Shown here: positions 56,796 through 64,000 of the stretch, piece by piece
Layout: each line of letters starts with the position of its first letter
Numbering within the stretch: position 1 is the first letter of the stretch
Origin: the human T2T-CHM13v2.0 reference genome, Homo sapiens
Assembly (NCBI RefSeq): GCF_009914755.1
Contig: NC_060948.1
Strand: one strand, 5' to 3'
DNA: 64,000 nucleotides
The notes under the pieces: generated by a model
The model's database searches: none
What the model was told of the DNA's origin: nothing
The model's input: only the letters and a program-made list of their open reading frames with translations
Position numbers and translations under genes: made by a program

Positions 56796-59700
56796 ATGCC
56801 CTTGAATTAAATGGACTGGACTCGAACAGAGTGGAATGGAAAGTGTGGAGATAGAATGGAATGAACTCCTTTGGGATGGTCTAGTAGGCAATGCAATCGA
56901 CTGGCAGGGAATCAAAAGGAATGTAATCGAATGGATTGGACTGGAATGCAATGGACTCGAATAGATTGGAAACGGAATGCAAAGAATGGAATGGAATAGT
57001 ATGGAATGGAATGGAAAGGAATGGAGTGGAATAGACTAGAGTGGAATGGAATGGACTGGAAAGCAATGGACTGGAATGGAACTTTCTTGAATGGACTGGA
57101 ATCAAACGGAATGGAATGCAATGCAATCAAATGGCATGGAATAAAATAGAATGAAAGAGAATCAAATGGAATTGAATCGAATGGAATCGAATGGATTGGA
57201 AAGGAATAGAATGGAATGGAATGGAATTGACTCAAATGGAATGGACTAGAATGGAATGGATTCGAATGGAAGGCAAAGGAATGGAATCTATTGGAATGGA
57301 CTGTAATGGAATGGAATGGAAGGGATTGGAATGGACTCGAATGGAATGGACTGCAATAGAAAGGATTCGAATGGAATGAAAAAGAATTGAATGGAATAGA
57401 ACAGAATGGAATCAAATCGAATGAAATGGAATGGAATAGAAAGGAATGGAATGAAATGGAATGGAAAGGATTCGAATGGAATGCAATCGAATGGAATGGA
57501 ATCGAACGGAATGGAATAAAATGGAAGAAAACTGGCAAGAAATGGAATCGAAATGAATGGAGTGTTATGGAACGGACTCAAAAGGAATTGAATGTAATAG
57601 AATGGAGTGGAGTGGACTCGAATATAATGGACTGGAATGGAATGAAATCACATGGAATGGGAACGAATGGAATGGAATGGAAAGGAATGGAATCGAATGG
57701 AAAGGAATCGAATGGAAGGGAATGAAATTGAATCAACAGGAATGGAAGGGAATAGAATAGACGGTAATGGAATGGACTCGAATAGAATGGACACGAATGC
57801 TCAAATTGAATGGACTCGAATGGAATGGAAACGAAAGGAATGTCATCGAATGGAATTGAATCGATTGGAATGAAATCGCATAGAATGGAGTGGAATCAAA
57901 TGGAATTGAATCGAAAGGAAAGGAAGCGAATGGACTGAAATGAAATGGAATGGAATTGAATGGAAAGTAATGCAATGGAATAGAATGGAACGAAATTTCA
58001 CGGAATGGAATCAAACTGAATGGAATCAAATCAATGGAATCAAATCAAATGGAATGGAAAGGAATTGAATGGAGTAGATGGGATTGGATGGGATTGGAAT
58101 GAAATGTACTGGAAAGGACTCGAATTTCATGAAACGGAATGGAATGAATTGGAACGGAATGGACTCGAATGGAATGGAATGTCATGGGATGGCATCAAAT
58201 GGAATGGCATCAAATGGAATGGAATCGAATGCAATGGAATGCTATGGAATGGAATGGAATGCATTGGAATGGAATGTCCTCTAATGGAATGGATTCGAGT
58301 GGAATGGAATTGAATATAATGGAGTCGAATGAAATGGAATTGAAAGGAATGGGATCGAATACAATGGAATATACTGGAATGTAACGTAATGAACTCGAAT
58401 GTAATTGACTGGAATGGAATGTACATGAATGGAATGTAATCGAATGGAAAGTAATCCAAAGGAATAGAATCTAATGCAATAAAATCGACTCAGATAGAGT
58501 AGAATGTAATGGAATGGAGTGCAGTGCAATGGAATGGAATGGAATGGAATGCAATGGAATGGAATGGAATGGAATGGAATGGAATGGGATGGAATGGTGT
58601 GGAATGGATAGTAATGGACTGGAGTGAAATGGACTGGAAAGGAATGGACTCAAATTGAAAGGTCTCGAAAGGAATGGAGTCAAATGGAATGGTCTGGAAT
58701 GGAATGAACACGAATGTAATGCAACCCAATAGAATGGAATCGAATGGCATGGAATAGAAAGAAATGGAATCGAAGAGAATGGAAACAAATGGAATGGAAT
58801 TGAATGGAATGGAATTGAATGGAATGGGAACGAATGGAGTGAAATTGTATGCAGTAGAAGAGAATAGAATGGAATGCAAGCGAAAGGAAAGGAATGGATT
58901 GGAATGGAATGGAATTCATTGGAATGGAAGGGAATGTAGTGTAACGGACAGGCCTGGAATAAAGTGGAATGCTACGGTCTCGAATGGAATAAAAATGTAT
59001 GGAATGGAATGCAATGAAACGGAATCGAATGTCATAGAATGTAATGGAATGCAAAAAAATGGAATCCAAAATCATTGACTGGAAAGGCTGGGTGTCGAAA
59101 GGAATTGACTCCAATGGAATGGAATCGAATGGAATGGAAGTGAATAGAATCGAACTAAATCGAATGGAATGGAATTGATAGGAACGGAATGGAAAGGAAT
59201 GCAATGATTTGGCATGGAATGGAATCGAATGGCATCGAATGGAATGGAATGGAATGCAATGGAATGGAATGTATTAGAATGTAATGAACTTTAATGGAAT
59301 GTACTCGAATGGATTCGACTGGAATGGAATGTTCTGGAAGTGAATGGACTCCAATGGAATGGATTCAAAAGGAATGGAATCGTACGGAATGGAATCTAAT
59401 GGAATGCAATTAAATGGAAATGAATCAAATTGAATAGCACGGAATTGAATTGAATGGAATGGAATGCAATGGAATCTAATGAAACGGAAAGGAAAGGAAT
59501 GGAATGGAATGGAATGGGCTGGAATGGAAAGGAATCGAAACGAATGGAATGGAATCGAACTGAAGAGACTGGAATGGAATGCACTGGAATGGAAGGGAGT
59601 GTAATGGAAGGTTCTCGAAAAAAATGGAATCGAATGGAATGCAATTGAATGGAACGGAATAGATTCGAATGGAATTGAATGGAATGGAATGGACTAGAGT

Positions 59701-62700
59701 GAAATGGAATCGAACCACAAGGAATGGACAGGAATAGAATGGTCTCGAATTGAATGGAATCGTATGGAATGGCATCAAACGGAATGGAATGGACAGCCAC
59801 GGAATGGAATGCACTCGAATGCAATGGAGTCGAAACTAACGGACTGGAATAGAATGGACTCGACTGGTACGGACTCCAATGGAATGGAATCGAATGGAAG
59901 GGAATCGAACGGAAGGGAATCGAACGGAATGGACTCGAAGGGAAAAGACTGCAATGGAAAGGTCTCGAATGGAATGGAAATTAATGGAATGGAATGGAAT
60001 CGAATGAAATGGAGTCAAAAGGAATGGAATCGAATGGCAAGAAATCGAATGTAATGGAATCGCAAGGAATTGATGTGAACGGAACGGAATGGAATGGAAT
60101 CCAAAGGAATGGAATAGAATGGAATGGAATCGAATGGAAAGGACTCGAATGGAAATCACTCGAATAGAATGCAATTTAATAAAATAGGATCAAATGTAAT
60201 GGAATGGAATGGAAAGGAATCGAAACGAAAGGAATGGAGACAGATGGAATGGAATGGAACAGAGAGCAATGGTATAGAATGGAATGGAATCATCTGGAAT
60301 GGAATTGAATGGAATGGAATGATATGAAATGGAATGGAATGGAATGGAATGGAATGCCCTTGAATTAAATGGACTGGACTCGAACAGAGTGGAATGGAAA
60401 GTGTGGAGATAGAATGGAATGAACTCCTTTGGAATGGTCTAGTAGGCAATGCAATCGACTGGCAGGGAATCAAAAGGAATGTAATCGAATGGATTGGACT
60501 GGAATGCAATGGACTCGAATAGATTGGAAACGGAATGCAAAGAATGGAATGGAATAGTATGGAATGGAATGGAAAGGAATGGAGTGGAATAGACTAGAGT
60601 GGAATGGAATGGACTGGAAAGCAATGGACTGGAATGGAACTTTCTTGAATGGACTGGAATCAAACGGAATGGAATGCAATGCAATCAAATGGCATGGAAT
60701 AAAATAGAATGAAAGAGAATCAAATGGAATTGAATCGAATAGAATCGAATGGATTGGAAAGGAATAGAATGGAATGGAATGGAATTGACTCAAATGGAAT
60801 GGACTAGAATGGAATGGATTCGAATGGAAGGCAAAGGAATGGAATCTATTGGAATGGACTGTAATGGAATGGAATGGAAGGGATTGGAATGGACTCGAAT
60901 GGAATGGACTGCAATAGAAAGGATTCGAATGGAATGAAAAAGAATTGAATGGAATAGAACAGAATGGAATCAAATCGAATGAAATGGAATGGAATAGAAA
61001 GGAATGGAATGAAATGGAATGGAAAGGATTCGAATGGAATGCAATCGAATGGAATGGAATCGAACGGAATGGAATAAAATGGAAGAAAACTGGCAAGAAA
61101 TGGAATCGAAATGAATGGAGTGTTATGGAACGGACTCAAAAGGAATTGAATGTAATAGATTGGAGTGGAGTGGACTCGAATATAATGGACTGGAATGGAA
61201 TGAAATCACATGGAATGGGAACGAATGGAATGGAATGGAAAGGAATGGAATCGAATGGAAAGGAATCGAATGGAAGGGAATGAAATTGAATCAACAGGAA
61301 TGGAAGGGAATAGAATAGACGGTAATGGAATGGACTCAAATAGAATGGACACGAATGCTCAAATTGAATGGACTCGAATGGAATGGAAACGAAAGGAATG
61401 TCATCGAATGGAATTGAATCGATTGGAATGAAATCGCATAGAATGGAGTGGAATCAAATGGAATTGAATCGAAAGGAAAGGAAGCGAATGGACTGAAATG
61501 AAATGGAATGGAATTGAATGGAAAGTAATGCAATGGAATAGAATGGAACGAAATTTCACGGAATGGAATCAAACTGAATGGAATCAAATCAATGGAATCA
61601 AATCAAATGGAATGGAAAGGAATTGAATGGAGTAGATTGGATTGGATGGGATTGGAATGAAATGTACTGGAAAGGACTCGAATTTCATGAAACGGAATGG
61701 AATGAATTGGAACGGAATGGACTCGAATGGAATGGAATGTCATGGGATGGCATCAAATGGAATGGCATCAAATGGAATGGAATCGAATGCAATGGAATGC
61801 TATGGAATGGAATGGAATGCATTGGAATGGAATGTCCTCTAATGGAATGGATTCGAGTGGAATGGAATTGAATATAATGGAGTCGAATGAAATGGAATTG
61901 AAAGGAATGGGATCGAATACAATGGAATATACTGGAATGTAAGGTAATGAACTCGAATGTAATTGACTGGAATGGAATGTACATGAATGGAATGTAATCG
62001 AATGGAAAGTAATCCAATGGAATAGAATCTAATGCAATAAAATCGACTCAGATAGAGTAGAATGTAATGGAATGGAGTGCAGTGCAATGGAATGGAATGG
62101 AATGCAATGGAATGGAATGGAATGGAATGGAATGGAATGGAATGAAATGGAATGGGATGGAATGGTATGGAATGGATAGTAATGGACTGGAGTGAAATGG
62201 ACTGGAAAGGAATGGACTCAAATTGAAAGGGCTCGAAAGGAATGGAGTCAAATGGAATGGTCTGGAATGGAATGAACACGAATGTAATGCAACCCAATAG
62301 AATGGAATCGAATGGCATGGAATAGAAAGAAATGGAATCGAAGAGAATGGAAACAAATGGAATGGAATTGAATGGAATGGGAACGAATGGAGTGAAATTG
62401 TATGCAGTAGAAGAGAATAGAATGGAATGCAAGCGAAAGGAAAGGAATGGATTGGAATGGAATGGAATTCATTGGAATGGAAGGGAATGTAGTGTAATGG
62501 ACAGGCCTGGAATAAAGTGGAATGCTACGGTCTCGAATGGAATAAAAATGTATGGAATGGAATGCAATGAAACGGAATCGAATGTCATAGAATGTAATGG
62601 AATGCAAAAAAATGGAATCCAAAATCATTGACTGGAAAGGCTGGGTGTCGAAAGGAATTGACTCCAATGGAATGGAATCGAATGGAATGGAAGTGAATAG

Positions 62701-64000
62701 AATCGAACTAAATCGAATGGAATGGAATTGATAGGAACGGAATGGAAAGGAATGCAATGATTTGGCATGGAATGGAATCGAATGGCATCGAATGGAATGG
62801 AATGGAATGCAATGGAATGGAATGTATTAGAATGTAATGAACTTTAATGGAATGTACTCGAATGGATTCGACTGGAATGGAATGTTCTGGAAGTGAATGG
62901 ACTCCAATGGAATGGATTCAAAAGGAATGGAATCGTACGGAATGGAATCTAATGGAATGCAATTAAATGGAAATGAATCAAATTGAATAGCACGGAATTG
63001 AATTGAATGGAATGGAATGCAATGGAATCTAATGAAACGGAAAGGAAAGGAATGGAATGGAATGGAATGGGCTGGAATGGAAAGGAATCGAAACGAATGG
63101 AATGGAATCGAACTGAAGAGACTGGAATGGAATGCACTGGAATGGAAGGGAGTGTAATGGAAGGTTCTCGAAAAAAATGGAATCGAATGGAATGGAATTG
63201 AATGGAACGGAATAGAGTCGAATGGAATTGAATGGAATGGAATGGACTAGAGTGAAATGGAATCGAACCACAAGGAATGGACAGGAATAGAATGGTCTCG
63301 AATTGAATGGAATCGTATGGAATGGCATCAAACGGAATGGAATGGACAGCCACGGAATGGAATGCACTCGAATGCAATGGAGTCGAAACTAACGGACTGG
63401 AATAGAATGGACTCGACTGGTACGGACTCCAATGGAATGGAATCGAATGGAAGGGAATCGAACGGAAGGGAATCGAACGGAATGGACTCGAAGGGAAAAG
63501 ACTGCAATGGAAAGGTCTCGAATGGAATGGAAATTAATGGAATGGAATGGAATCGAATGAAATGGAATCAAAAGGAATGGAATCGAATGGCAAGAAATCG
63601 AATGTAATGGAATCGCCAGGAATTGATGTGAACGGAACGGAATGGAATGGAATCCAAAGGAATGGAATAGAATGGAATGGAATCGAATGGAAAGGACTCG
63701 AATGGAAATCACTCGAATAGAATGCAATTTAATAAAATAGGATCAAATGTAATGGAATGGAATGGAAAGGAATCGAAACGAAAGGAATGGAGACAGATGG
63801 AATGGAATGGAACAGAGAGCAATGGTATAGAATGGAATGGAATCATCTGGAATGGAATTGAATGGAATGGAATGATATGAAATGGAATGGAATGGAATGG
63901 AATGGAATGGAATGCCCTTGAATTAAATGGACTGGACTCGAACAGAGTGGAATGGAAAGTGTGGAGATAGAATGGAATGAACTCCTTTGGGATGGTCTAG
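56796..64000 (+). repeat. DYZ1 units 17-18 (3558 bp each) plus 89 bp of unit 19
   Basis: Anchors at 56796, 60354 and 63912; short start GGACTGGACTCG, each preceded by GAATGATATG. Confidence 0.92.

Larger units (their letters stand above)
1..64000 (+). repeat. DYZ1: Human satellite III (HSat3) array, DYZ1 family (Yq12 heterochromatin); degenerate (GGAAT)n with ~3.55-kb higher-order unit, purine-rich strand on +
   Basis: GGAAT and its variants (CGAAT, TGAAT, CAAAT, GGACT, GCAAT) run end to end. The anchor ATGCCCTTGAATTAAATGG recurs at 1, 3539, 7072, 10616, 14150, 17697, 21246, 24800, 28329, 31846, 35415, 38989, 42563, 46112, 49675, 53238, 56796, 60354 and 63912 (mean spacing ~3551 bp), close to the known ~3.56-kb DYZ1 unit. 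There is one AGGCCT per unit and one conserved GAATTC in all units except unit 5. Confidence 0.96.

Noticed and set aside
117-63880. Hundreds of ORFs of 60-313 aa (MEWNG-rich on +, FHSIP-rich on -), e.g. 6874-7815 and 35251-36168
   Set aside because: They are the automatic translation of a stop-free pentamer (15 bp = 5 codons). They overlap in all frames, are broken by indels between units and show no recognisable domain. Resemblance to the SCA31 poly-WNGME product follows from the shared motif and is not evidence of translation.
1-64000. CRISPR array or other prokaryotic defence system
   Set aside because: No constant repeat with unique spacers and no cas-like ORFs; the sequence is eukaryotic satellite DNA.
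1-64000. HSat2 or chromosome 9 HSat3 assignment
   Set aside because: Lacks the CATTCGATTC/GATGAT-dominated HSat2 pattern with broken pentamer phase; the 3.55-kb unit and the primer/restriction landmarks fit DYZ1.
1-64000. Alu/L1 insertion, DYZ2 block, inversion or telomeric repeat
   Set aside because: Anchor spacing never departs from 3517-3574 bp, the strand never flips to CATTC, and no non-satellite stretch longer than a few tens of bp was seen.

Overview
The whole 64-kb window is one uninterrupted, single-orientation tandem array of primate/human satellite III (HSat3), built from a degenerate (GGAAT)n pentamer. It is organised into a ~3.55-kb higher-order unit: 18 complete units of 3517-3574 bp plus an 89-bp stub. 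The unit length, one conserved EcoRI site and one StuI/HaeIII site per unit, and matches to the classic Y-sexing primer sites (recalled from memory) identify it as DYZ1 of human Yq12 heterochromatin. I see no real protein-coding gene, RNA gene, CRISPR array, transposon insertion, DYZ2 block or inversion; all listed ORFs are translation artefacts of the pentamer. Points of interest: (i) three perfect in-phase heat-shock elements (nGAAnnTTCnnGAAn) per unit, 49 intact by my hand count, in a background of TEAD-type GGAATG motifs; (ii) two haplotype domains that switch at ~32 kb; (iii) recent local amplifications (3574-bp and 3558-bp periods), chimeric units and a 24,790-bp (7-unit) duplication remnant; (iv) indels biased to 15 bp, and 1-bp losses that always hit a GG. 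All counts and comparisons were made by eye, without alignment tools.
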